The notes beneath the pieces are model-generated. The model made no database searches, had not been told where the DNA came from, and saw nothing but the letters and a program-made list of their open reading frames with translations. DNA of 56,703 bases from Cyanobacteria bacterium J06626_4 (GTDB lineage: Bacteria; Cyanobacteriota; Cyanobacteriia; Phormidesmidales; Phormidesmidaceae), in NCBI GenBank assembly GCA_038523235.1, contig JBCBJQ010000028.1:1-56703 (forward strand), written 5' to 3'. Position 1 is the stretch's first letter, and each line of letters opens with the position of its first letter. A program made the translations under genes and the position numbers. This document shows, in pieces, positions 1 through 9,467 of the stretch.

Positions 1-2220
1 CGCCTCCTCATAGCGGCCTAATTCACCCATCGCAAACCCTTTGTTGTTGAGCGCTTCGTGTTTGTCCGGTTTGAGCGCTAACGCCGCATCATAGGCTGCG
101 ATGGCTTCCTCTTTGCGGTCTAAGGCCGATAGCGCCACACCTTTGTTGTAGAGCGCTTCGTGCTTGTCGGGTTTGATCGCTAAGGCGGCGTCACAGCAAG
201 CGACAACCTCTTCAAACAAGTTCTCAAAATAAAAGGAGGCTCCTAGCCTGTATAGATAAATATCAGCAATCAAATCTAGGGACTCCATCTCTTGGAGGAA
301 GACGACTTGATTTTTGGCTGCTTGCAAGCGGTCTTTTTTTTGATGAGCTGAACATCGCTTGCTCTGATAGTACGCAGCCACAAATTGAGCAAGGCCCTTA
401 AAATCCTCACCATTGTTTAAACATGCGGCAATCGCACGGTCTATTTTAGGTTTGGTTAAACCGAAGTGAGTAGCGTTGTAATCGTAATCAATCGGGTCTT
501 CTTCTAAAACAGCCCAACCGTATTCAATAGCAGGACGGATCAAGACCAACAAATGACGTGCGGTGTAGCTCAGGTGAGGGTGCTCAGCTAAGTCAGATTC
601 TGCCATGACTGCTTGCAGAGGCAATTGCACCAACAGAGCTTGCCGGAGATAGGTAGCTTCTAACAAATGGCTTAGCCAGACAGTCTGAGATGTCGGCTGT
701 TGAGCGAATAATAAGTAATAAAGATACTCAGCTCGCAATTCTCGCCAGTCGGGATTTTCATATTTTTCCGAGGTGGCGGTGCTAGCAGGGACAATCTGAT
801 TAGATTTTGCTTTGCAATATCGCGCCAATAAATCATGGGCACGTTCAAATATCGGTTGATTTTCCTGCCAGAGTGACGCTCGAAAAACATCACGGGCAAC
901 ATCATCCACCCGCAATCGCCCCTTTGCCATCGGCTCTACAAACGTTTGCTCTTTAAGCCAGGCAAAACAGGCAGCCTGGACCTGCGTTGAGTGATTGCGA
1001 AAAGTAGGAGGCGAGATCTGCAGCTGCTGAGCGAGCGATTCAATCAGGGTGGCATCAAACCAACGGCAGCAAGCCGCCGCTTGAGCTAACTGTTTCGCCT
1101 TCTCCTGCATCTCAGGAGACAGATGATTCACCAAAAACGTCGCTAAATCTTGGGTCAGCGAATTCAAGGTGATCGCCTGAGGCGTCTCGCGAATTTTATT
1201 CAGGTAATACGGCCAGCCTTTGGTGACTTGATAGATCCGCTGCACCGTCGCTGGGTCTGTGATGTCAACTTCTGCCAGATATTCCTGAGTTTGTTCAGGC
1301 GTGAACTTATCTGGCCCGTAAGACTTCACGCAGGCTCGATTTTGTTGAAGGGTCGCCCATTCCTGGCGTCTCAGCAGGTGATAGCGTCCGGCAACAACGA
1401 CTCGAATAGGATATTGCTGCAGATTAGTATTACTCAGCAAACTTTGCCACAGCCAGGCATCAATGGTCGCGAGGTCGGCCTTTTCGTAGGTATCCAACAT
1501 TAAAACGATGGGCTTCTGCTCAGACCACTGACTGAGGCTAGCGACAAACGCCTCCGTTAGTCGAGGCAAAGGGTTTAGCAAAAGTTCTTGCAGGTCACGC
1601 TTTTCACGAGTCGCCCGATGAGCTTGCACCAAACTCTGAATCCGGTCTTTTTCAGAAAGGGCTAAGGTCGCCCCATCCACAACGGCATCAGTCCCTTTGC
1701 TGGCAGCCACTAAAGCGCCTCCAACTAGCGGATTGCCGGTAGCAGTGGCAGCAGCCCCACCAACCTGTGCCAGCCCTTGAAGCAGCTGTTTCACAGTACC
1801 GAGCTGTTCCGGGCTGACACCGCCCTTGCCATCAGGCGCTTCTCGCTGTAGTTGATGAATCGCATCAAAGTATTGGGTGTAACGGTCGGAAAATGGGTCA
1901 CGCTGGTGAGCAAAACCACGGCCAAAAAAAGACGGCTTTAAGAACTGATTTTTTAGCAACCCGTGCAGTTTTTGCATCAAGTCTACAGGCGTGTCAATAC
2001 CTTCAGTGAATCCAAAAGAGATCGGACTGTCTGCGACACGAGGAATCTCGGCTGTAGTGAAGTCTTGAACGATCTTTTTGAGTAACGTCGATTTTCCAAC
2101 GCCACCAATACCCCAGATATGAAATAAGACAGGGTTTTCAGCAGGTGTTATCAAAGCAGCCTGGAGTGCCTTCAAAAAGTCTTCTGCTTCTGGACGAGAA
2201 ACGTAGGGTTGCTGAGGCAT
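1..2220 (-). CDS. P-loop NTPase (AAA_16/STAND-like) with C-terminal TPR repeats; runs off the left edge
   Basis: Absent from the ORF track because there is no stop in the window. Manual translation from ATG 2220 gives MPQQPYVSRPEAEDFLKALQ...HIWGIGGVGKSTLL (Walker A) and IVLMLDTYE near 1500 (Walker B). In the same frame at 1-210 are 34-aa TPRs (AALAIKPDKHEALYNKGVAL / AALALKPDKHEALNNKGFAM). Frame was spot-checked, not read codon by codon. Confidence 0.85.
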   Translation of the reverse strand, partial: MPQQPYVSRPEAEDFLKALQAALITPAENPVLFHIWGIGGVGKSTLLKKIVQDFTTAEIPRVADSPISFGFTEGIDTPVDLMQKLHGLLKNQFLKPSFFGRGFAHQRDPFSDRYTQYFDAIHQLQREAPDGKGGVSPEQLGTVKQLLQGLAQVGGAAATATGNPLVGGALVAASKGTDAVVDGATLALSEKDRIQSLVQAHRATREKRDLQELLLNPLPRLTEAFVASLSQWSEQKPIVLMLDTYEKADLATIDAWLWQSLLSNTNLQQYPIRVVVAGRYHLLRRQEWATLQQNRACVKSYGPDKFTPEQTQEYLAEVDITDPATVQRIYQVTKGWPYYLNKIRETPQAITLNSLTQDLATFLVNHLSPEMQEKAKQLAQAAACCRWFDATLIESLAQQLQISPPTFRNHSTQVQAACFAWLKEQTFVEPMAKGRLRVDDVARDVFRASLWQENQPIFERAHDLLARYCKAKSNQIVPASTATSEKYENPDWRELRAEYLYYLLFAQQPTSQTVWLSHLLEATYLRQALLVQLPLQAVMAESDLAEHPHLSYTARHLLVLIRPAIEYGWAVLEEDPIDYDYNATHFGLTKPKIDRAIAACLNNGEDFKGLAQFVAAYYQSKRCSAHQKKDRLQAAKNQVVFLQEMESLDLIADIYLYRLGASFYFENLFEEVVACCDAALAIKPDKHEALYNKGVALSALDRKEEAIAAYDAALALKPDKHEALNNKGFAMGELGRYEEA

Positions 2221-2422
2221 TGCGTTGGGAGCAGAAGAATGTCCTCATAATTTTAGCCTTGGCCGTAAAACCGAACACTCAGTTATGACAAGAGAGTACG
2301 GATAACTATGACATTGACAACAGCCTGATTTGCCAATCAAAAAAGTCGAGAGTAATCAAGCCAGCTTTCAACACGTTCATCAACTTTGATGCTTCAATAC
2401 AAAGGTTACGGTTACGGAATCC

Positions 2423-3232
2423 TTGTCTAAATTGATGCAGCCTACCCTCGACTCTCGCCCGACTGTGACCCAGCCTCGATCGCGCTTTCGCTGGGGCCGA
2501 TATGTGGCATTAGCGGGGGCGATCGCGGCCTTAATCATTCTGTTTAGCAACACCCTGTGGCCCAATCGCTACTTAGCCTCTTGGGTGTTTGGTGACGCTT
2601 TCTTTAAAGTGCAGACCCCCGAAAAGGTCGTCGCCCTCACCTTTGATGACGGCCCCGACCCGCGCTACAGCGCCGCGATCGGTGAGATTTTGCAAGACGC
2701 CGGAGCCAAGGGCACCTTTTTTGTCATGGGTCGCCATGTAGAGCAGCATCCCGAAGTTGTGCAGACCCTCATGGCCCAAGGCCACGAAATCGGCAACCAC
2801 AGCTGGAGCCATCCCAGCCTGCGCATGATGTCGCCCGCCGCCATTCGCGAAGAGTTAGACTCCACCGATCGCCTGCTGCGAGACCTCAACTACACCGCAC
2901 CGATTCCCTTTCGTTCGCCCTACGGGCACAGCTTGTTTGTATTGCCCCACATCCTCAAACAGCAGCAGCGAGCGAACGTGCTGTGGACGGTGCAGATGAA
3001 CGACTGGAAGCCCGAAGAGCCCGACGTCATGATGGAGCTGCTAGCCCCTAAATTCGCCAACGGCGCGATCATCCTCATGCACGACGGCGATGGCGAATCA
3101 GAGGGAGCCGATCGCAGCAATACCGTTATTTTGGTGCAGCAAATTTTAGATAAGTATCAGGCCGAAGGCTATCGGTTTGTCACCGTATCTGAACTCCTAG
3201 AAGCCGGACAGCCCATCCGTCATTGGTTCTGA
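2423..3232 (+). CDS. Polysaccharide deacetylase (CE4/NodB domain), N-terminal membrane anchor
   Basis: TFDDGP, HSWSHP, FRSPYG and ILMHD motifs; hydrophobic N-terminal helix; start may be ATG 2435. Confidence 0.93.
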   Translation: MSKLMQPTLDSRPTVTQPRSRFRWGRYVALAGAIAALIILFSNTLWPNRYLASWVFGDAFFKVQTPEKVVALTFDDGPDPRYSAAIGEILQDAGAKGTFFVMGRHVEQHPEVVQTLMAQGHEIGNHSWSHPSLRMMSPAAIREELDSTDRLLRDLNYTAPIPFRSPYGHSLFVLPHILKQQQRANVLWTVQMNDWKPEEPDVMMELLAPKFANGAIILMHDGDGESEGADRSNTVILVQQILDKYQAEGYRFVTVSELLEAGQPIRHWF

Positions 3233-3409
3233 TTTGTCCCCCCAGCGCATTTTTTTAACCGGCTCTTGATGGACGGAGGGCCGCGATCGCTCTAGATTGA
3301 TACGGTAAATAGTAATGTTTTCTTAATAGATCGACTCGAATATGAAAGGATAAGGATCGCCTCACCCGCCCAGCCGACTTTTTACCGTAGTTCACCCAGG
3401 TTCGCCACC

Positions 3410-5311
3410 ATGACAAAATTTCCTATTGATCTCAGCGCTTATAAACGCATTACCCTTGATCCCGCCGTGCCAACCTTGACCGACGAGCAGCGCGCCGCCC
3501 TCAAAGCCAACGTCGAATTGTGCCGCGATGCGATCGTCTTTTTCACCGCGACCGGTGCCGCCCGGGGCGTCGGGGGTCATACCGGCGGCCCCTACGACAC
3601 CGTGCCCGAAGTGATGATTTTGGACGCCCTGTTTCGGGGTAATGAAGACGCGTTTGTCCCCACCTTCTTTGACGAAGCCGGACACCGCGTCGCGACGCAG
3701 TATTTGATGGCCACGTTGAACGGTGACCTGCCCGCTGAGAAACTGATGCTGTATCGGGCGGCCCATGAAGGGTTGCCGGGGCACCCCGAGTTGGGGCTGA
3801 CACCGGGCGTGAAATTTAGTTCTGGCCGGTTGGGGCACATGTGGCCCTATGCCAATGGTGTGGCACTGGCGAATCCGGGTAAAACGGTGTTTTGTCTCGG
3901 CTCTGACGGCGCTCAGCAAGAAGGCGACGATGCGGAGGCCGCGCGGCTGGCGGTCGCGAATCACATCAACATCAAGCTACTGATCGACGATAACGACGTC
4001 ACCATCGCGGGTCACCCTTCGCAATACATGGGCGGCTACAGCGTCAAGAAAACCCTTGAAGGTCACGGGCTCACCGTGATCGAAGGCGATGGCGAAGACC
4101 TGGACGGCCTCTACGCTAATATCTGCAAGGCGATTAATACCCCTGGCCCGATCGCGATCGTCAACAAGCGGGCCATGGCCGTCGGCATCGACGGTATCGA
4201 AGGCAGCACCCACGGCCACGATGTGATCCCCGTTGATGCGGCCTTGAAGTATCTGGAAGCCAAAGGTCACAGTGACGCCGTGGCGTTCCTTAAAGGCATT
4301 GAGAAGCCGAAAAACACCTACGAATTCTTGGGCTCCTCCGACAAAGTGGGGTCTAACCGCAACGTCTTTGGTGACGCCGTCGTCGAAGTGCTGGGCGGCC
4401 TGGACGAAACGACCCGCAAAGAGAGCGTGCTCGTCGTCGATAGCGATTTGGAAGGCTCGTGTGGCTTGGCGCAAATTCGCAAAGCCCACCCCGAAATCTT
4501 CATTAGCGGCGGCATTCAAGAGCGGGGCAACCTCTCAGCTGCCGCTGGTTTCGGCATGGAAAAAGGCAAGCAGGGCATTTTTGCCACCTTTAGTGCCTTC
4601 TTAGAAATGTGTATTTCTGAGATCACCATGGCGCGGCTGAACTACTCCAACCTGCTCTGTCACTTTTCCCATGCGGGCATTGATGACATGGCCGACAACA
4701 CCTGTCACTTCGGCATCAACAATATGTTTGCCGACAACGGGCTGGATGATAGCTACGCAACTCGCCTTTACTTCCCCGCTGATGCCAATCAAATGAAGGC
4801 CGTGGTGAAAGCGGTCTTTAACGATCCGGGCATGCGGTTTATCTTCTCAACTCGCTCTAAAGTACCGATGGTGCTCGATACCGATGGCAATGACCGGTTT
4901 GGTGGCGACTACACCTTTACCCCTGGTAAAGATGAGGTGATTCGCGAAGGCTCCGCTGGTTACATCGTCACCTTTGGCGACTCAATTTATCGGGCGCTGG
5001 ACGCTGTAGAACGCCTGAAGCAGGAAGGCATTGAAGTCGGCCTGATCAACAAGGCCACGCTGAACGTGATTGACGAAGACATGATGGCCAAGGTGGGCCA
5101 AGCACCCTTCGTCCTCGTGACGGAATCCTTTAACCGCCGGACTGGTCTAGGCAGCCGCTTTGGCTCCTGGCTACTAGAACGGGGCTACACGCCGAAGTTT
5201 GCCTTCCTTGGCACCCACGAAGAGGGCTGCGGCGGGCTATGGGAGCAGTTCCCCCATCAAGGTATTGACCCCAGCGGCATCATGGCTAAAGTCAAAGAGC
5301 TGATGGCGTAA
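3410..5311 (+). CDS. Transketolase-family ThDP enzyme (atypical compact type)
   Basis: GGHTGG, LPGHPE, SGRLGH, ThDP-like SDG..EG....DDN, GIQE and ATFSAF motifs; 633 aa. Confidence 0.85.
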   Translation: MTKFPIDLSAYKRITLDPAVPTLTDEQRAALKANVELCRDAIVFFTATGAARGVGGHTGGPYDTVPEVMILDALFRGNEDAFVPTFFDEAGHRVATQYLMATLNGDLPAEKLMLYRAAHEGLPGHPELGLTPGVKFSSGRLGHMWPYANGVALANPGKTVFCLGSDGAQQEGDDAEAARLAVANHINIKLLIDDNDVTIAGHPSQYMGGYSVKKTLEGHGLTVIEGDGEDLDGLYANICKAINTPGPIAIVNKRAMAVGIDGIEGSTHGHDVIPVDAALKYLEAKGHSDAVAFLKGIEKPKNTYEFLGSSDKVGSNRNVFGDAVVEVLGGLDETTRKESVLVVDSDLEGSCGLAQIRKAHPEIFISGGIQERGNLSAAAGFGMEKGKQGIFATFSAFLEMCISEITMARLNYSNLLCHFSHAGIDDMADNTCHFGINNMFADNGLDDSYATRLYFPADANQMKAVVKAVFNDPGMRFIFSTRSKVPMVLDTDGNDRFGGDYTFTPGKDEVIREGSAGYIVTFGDSIYRALDAVERLKQEGIEVGLINKATLNVIDEDMMAKVGQAPFVLVTESFNRRTGLGSRFGSWLLERGYTPKFAFLGTHEEGCGGLWEQFPHQGIDPSGIMAKVKELMA

Positions 5312-5355
5312 GGCCCCGCGATCGCGACTCCATCCACGCATCCCTGAATCCCTCA

Positions 5356-5439
5356 AAAATAGCGTTTTGATCGTAGGGGTTTGGCAATGCTAAATCCCTA
5401 CCGAAAACGTTCAATACGGGGTGATTCAAGCGCTATTTT
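5356..5439. repeat. Nested palindrome (REP/MITE-like)
   Basis: Outer IR AAAATAGCGTTTTGATC / GATTCAAGCGCTATTTT encloses the GTAG-initiated hairpin GTAGGGGTTTGGCAATGCTAAATCCCTAC (5373-5401). Confidence 0.6.
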
Positions 5440-5637
5440 CTAGCCTGACCCAGCCTCTGGGAGACTGATGGGGCGATCGTCCCTCAGGCCCCTCAACTCA
5501 CAGCCGGGATCGCTGACACGCGGTTTCGGCTGTTTTGTGTTGCGGCGTTTCAAGATTTGCAAGGGTCTATTGCGTTTTAAGGCGGTTCGTAATGAGCTGA
5601 TGGAGACTAAAAAGATAGTCGCATTTTAAATTTACTG

Positions 5638-5928
5638 ATGTCTAAAGAAAAAGCGCTCGATTTCCTTAAGCAGGCTGCAGATAGTTCGGCCCTCTCTGAA
5701 CAGGTCAAAGCGGCGGATCAAAAGGCGGCAGTGATCGATTTGGCCAAGCAGCAGGGCTACGAATTTTCCGAAGACGATATGACCAAGGCAGTTCCAGTCA
5801 TTCAAGAAAAGCCAGGCTTTTTTGGCGAGCTGGCGCAAGCAGTGTTAGAACTCTTTGCCCCAGCCCATGATGACTATCCAGCGACGGGAGTACAACCCTA
5901 TACCGGCATGCCCACTCGCAAAGGCTAG
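5638..5928 (+). CDS. Nif11-like domain protein with AtpTheta-like C-terminus
   Basis: N-terminus MSKEKALDFLKQAADSSALSEQVKAA...LAKQQGYEFSEDD fits the Nif11 leader pattern; C-terminus AVLELFAPAHDDYPATGVQPYTG. Confidence 0.75.
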   Translation: MSKEKALDFLKQAADSSALSEQVKAADQKAAVIDLAKQQGYEFSEDDMTKAVPVIQEKPGFFGELAQAVLELFAPAHDDYPATGVQPYTGMPTRKG

Positions 5929-5954
5929 ATCACAGCTACGCCGCGCTTGTTTCA

Positions 5955-5983
5955 GGAGTGATGTCTGATAGGGGCATCACTCC
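5955..5983. terminator. Hairpin between convergent genes
   Basis: GGAGTGATG-N11-CATCACTCC, 9-bp perfect IR just downstream of the Nif11 gene; weak U-tract. Confidence 0.45.
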
Positions 5984-6195
5984 CCAGGTTGTACAGCCCA
6001 AACACCAGCTTGAGAATCGGGATTTGGCAATCCCCCTCGGCTAGTGGTCTGTCAGTTCTCAATTTGCGGGTTGTTGACTTTCAGAACGATGGCAATTCGG
6101 ATTGATTCCTGTCGGGAAAACGGGCAAGATGCCCGTCCAAACAAGACACCTGCTCTTCAATTTTGAGGACGTACAAATTCAAACTTGGCGCTGCA

Positions 6196-9081
6196 CTAGA
6201 GCCCCAACAGCGGAGCTGATAGAACTCGGGCAATGCGATCGCGGGTATCTTCGAGGTGCGCTTGGGTGGTGACTTCCATGCGACCGCCATACTGCGAGAG
6301 CGTATCTGTCACATCTTGCTCAATTTGCCGCAGCTGATAGCGGGCCAAGACGCGGGCATCTTCTGGGGCACCTAGCGTCGAGAGTGTCGCCACAAACTCG
6401 TTAAAGCTTTGGGATAACAGCGCATCCGCAAACGTGCGCCGCAGCACCAGATTCGACAAGATATTCAGATGATGCCGCTGCAGCCCGCGCCGCAGACTCG
6501 ACACCGCTGGTGCCGCCTCTGCCGTAGTGACTTCAGACCAGACGCTTTGATAGAGCGATTCGTAGAGTTCGGCCAGGGTGAGCACATCTTCGGCATCAGT
6601 TTTGAACTCCACATCGCGCACGCGGGCCAGGCGATCGGATAAAAAGAGGTCGCTCAGCGCCGCACTTTGAATCCCTAGCACTCGTTCATAAATTGGATAG
6701 TCGAGCGGATAGCGGGTCAGGGAAACCCCCCAATGCCGCCAGCGATCAGGGGCTAACTGGTTAATGAGCCGTGACGAAAATTCAAAGGCATCGGCGGCAA
6801 ACACCTGCTCCTTGAGCGCTACCAACGCCTCTCGCTGTTTCGCCGCCGCGATCGGTTCAAAAGGAGTGCGATCGCGATTTTCCCAAGGGTTTAATCGGCG
6901 GAAGCTCTGCCCGCCGATGTAGTCGGTCAGCGTGAGCGTATTGTTGAAAAAATAGCCGAACACTAGATCGACCCGACGACGCAAGCTGCCATAGCCTTCA
7001 CCGGGGGCGACCGAGAGACGATTCAGCCGATCCCAAACGGCTTGGGCGTTATCCAACTGCCATTTGGCATATTGCATCGGGTCATCGCTGAGATCCCACG
7101 CGCGCGATTCCGGATCAATGAAGTCAAAGATGTCTTCATCAGTAGCGTAGATTAACGCGGGCTCTGTACTGCGCCGCAGAATGCCATTGAGCATCTGCTG
7201 TTCTGCGCGCCGCAGGGGCGATGGGGGTGCCTGACGATAGCCATATTCGATCGCCCAGAGATCGTAGGGACCGAGCCGAGTCGGAAAATAGTCACCTTGA
7301 GGCGTGCCCGCTGGGGCAATGTTGGGCGGAAAGTAATCCATCACCGAACTCACCAAGCCCCGAGTCTGAGTAATGGCGGGATTGTTCAGGTCACTCGGAG
7401 ACAGCAGGCGGCTACCGGCAAAGTTATGGCGCAGCCCCAGGGTATGCCCAATCTCATGCGCCGTCAGCGCTACCAGATATTGCTGAATGTAGGCATCGAG
7501 CTGCTCACTCGAAAAGTCGGCACCCGATAAGGTCGCCAGCGCTAAGGCCCCAAAGGCATGCTGTTGACCACCGAGATAGCCCGCACACTGATCATCGGTC
7601 AGGCGCTCTGACAGCGGCGGGGATGTCATCGCTTGCGCCTGCGCAAGCCCGGCTTCGCCCCCACGCTGCAGCGCCGCCCACTGCAGATACCACGCTTGCG
7701 ATCGCTGACCACAGAGCTGCAGATAAAATTCGGCTTCGGGCAAAGCATCGAGCCCCTGTGACTGATATTGCAGCCGCAGCAAGCGCACCACATTGGCATC
7801 CAAAATTACGTCGGCGTCTAAAATCTCCCCCGTCAGTGGATTCACCCGCGACGGGCCAAAGCCCAATGCCCACATACTGAGCGAGTCTGACCACCGCACC
7901 ACGTTGTAACGCACGTCAGACGCGTCCCAATCAGCGTTGTCGGGCATCTGCCGAGCTTCAATCGCATTTTTAAAGCCAGCAGCGGCAAAGGCCTCATTCC
8001 ACAGCAAGATCCCTTGAGTGAGCGAATCGCGATATTCCGGAGGCACGGTATTTTCTACCCAAAAAACAATGGGCGCTTTTGGAGGCGACATCGCCGCTTG
8101 AGGATCTTGTTTCTCGAGGTGCCAGCGATTGATGTAGCGCACAAAGGAATCGTTGCGTTCTGACTGTACCGGCGTGCGAAACACCGTGGGGAAATAGCCC
8201 ACGCGCTCATCGGCCTGGCGGGGTTCAAAACCATTGCCATCCGGTAGCGCCGACAGCCCATAGTGCACGTCTAGCGAAAACCCGCGACTGTCGGGAATGC
8301 CATCCAGCACTAACCCAAACAGCCCCGCTAGCGGATCACCCGGAATGCCCCCACCTGAAAAGGCCACCATCGAGCCGATTTCCAAATTGTTGGGAAACAT
8401 CGACAGGGCATCGAGGCGCGAAAGTTCGGGATTACGGCTATAGCCCCCGAGCACCCAGCTCAAAGACTGCGTCAGGTTGGCCAAATCTCGATCCATGATC
8501 AGGTTAGACAGATCGATCAGCTGAGCCTGAGTAGTGGGATCAATGCTGACCACATCGATTGCAAAAATAATGGAATCGCTGAACGAACTATCCTGCAAGC
8601 GCTGCTGCCAGCCCTCACCACCAGGATTGCGAATATAGGTATTGGGCACGACGACTTGCAGGCGATCGCCCGCCATGGGGCGAAACTGGATGAGCAAATC
8701 GTTGATGGGCCAGCCGCGAAACAGACCGGCTTCGCCCACGCCTGATTCCAGCGTGGCGGTCAGCAAAAAGTTGCGATTTAGCTGCGCTGGCGCAATCGCC
8801 AGATAGGCTTCACCTTTTTCGACATTGCTATACAGCGTGAAGAGTCCCGTTTGAACTTCGAGATTTTCCGTCAAGGTTTCAAAGGGCTGCAGTGATGCGA
8901 CCGCATCATTCTCCAGCTCTCTGGTTTCGTCCACCTCAACCGCTTCGATCGGAGCTTCCTCGCTCTGGGCATAGGCTCGATGGCTAATGCTGGTTCCAGT
9001 CGCCAAAGCCAGCACCGCAGTGAGGAAGATTCCTAGCAGACATAGCGCCAAGAATTGAACGAAACGAATCTGACGAACCAT
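6196..9081 (-). CDS. Secreted zinc-dependent metalloprotease (DUF5117/DUF4953, EcxA-like metzincin)
   Basis: HEIGHTLGLRH zinc motif, SSVMDY Met-turn, DERVGYF and signal peptide; ATG 9081 preferred over TTG 9102. Confidence 0.9.
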   Translation of the reverse strand: MVRQIRFVQFLALCLLGIFLTAVLALATGTSISHRAYAQSEEAPIEAVEVDETRELENDAVASLQPFETLTENLEVQTGLFTLYSNVEKGEAYLAIAPAQLNRNFLLTATLESGVGEAGLFRGWPINDLLIQFRPMAGDRLQVVVPNTYIRNPGGEGWQQRLQDSSFSDSIIFAIDVVSIDPTTQAQLIDLSNLIMDRDLANLTQSLSWVLGGYSRNPELSRLDALSMFPNNLEIGSMVAFSGGGIPGDPLAGLFGLVLDGIPDSRGFSLDVHYGLSALPDGNGFEPRQADERVGYFPTVFRTPVQSERNDSFVRYINRWHLEKQDPQAAMSPPKAPIVFWVENTVPPEYRDSLTQGILLWNEAFAAAGFKNAIEARQMPDNADWDASDVRYNVVRWSDSLSMWALGFGPSRVNPLTGEILDADVILDANVVRLLRLQYQSQGLDALPEAEFYLQLCGQRSQAWYLQWAALQRGGEAGLAQAQAMTSPPLSERLTDDQCAGYLGGQQHAFGALALATLSGADFSSEQLDAYIQQYLVALTAHEIGHTLGLRHNFAGSRLLSPSDLNNPAITQTRGLVSSVMDYFPPNIAPAGTPQGDYFPTRLGPYDLWAIEYGYRQAPPSPLRRAEQQMLNGILRRSTEPALIYATDEDIFDFIDPESRAWDLSDDPMQYAKWQLDNAQAVWDRLNRLSVAPGEGYGSLRRRVDLVFGYFFNNTLTLTDYIGGQSFRRLNPWENRDRTPFEPIAAAKQREALVALKEQVFAADAFEFSSRLINQLAPDRWRHWGVSLTRYPLDYPIYERVLGIQSAALSDLFLSDRLARVRDVEFKTDAEDVLTLAELYESLYQSVWSEVTTAEAAPAVSSLRRGLQRHHLNILSNLVLRRTFADALLSQSFNEFVATLSTLGAPEDARVLARYQLRQIEQDVTDTLSQYGGRMEVTTQAHLEDTRDRIARVLSAPLLGL

Positions 9082-9467
9082 GGAACTCCTGCCCAGGGGC
9101 AATAACTTTCCCTACAGTGTGACCGCCGCCGTCCGATTTCGGGGCAACTTAGTTAGAAGCTTCAGAAAATTTATGGGTTTAATCGCTCAGCTGGCCTGAG
9201 TTTCCGTGCTTTCACGCTGGCCTGGGTACCGTCACCGCTCTGGCACCTCAGCTGGTTTACCGAGCATCAACGCTGACGGGGTGAGCAGAAAAATGACTGT
9301 CATTCGCGGGGCGATCGCAGCCTGCAACCAGCACATTGACTTCAAGCATTGAGCCCCGCTGTCCCCTGAGCGCTTTCCATCAGATTTTTGACCACAGACT
9401 TAACGCCCGCCCGCTCGACTCGCCCTAATGAAAAACCGACATCGGCTCTCAGCTTGCGGCGAGATTC

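Noticed and set aside
672..1503. ORF-track entries 672-905 (-) and 1150-1503 (+)
   Set aside because: Shadow ORFs of the long minus-strand NTPase-TPR gene
5638..9102. Classical Nif11 RiPP (lanthipeptide/NHLP) biosynthetic cluster
   Set aside because: No Gly-Gly site, no Cys in the core, and no LanM, YcaO or peptidase-ABC exporter in the window; the radical SAM gene is 45 kb away and of an unrelated family
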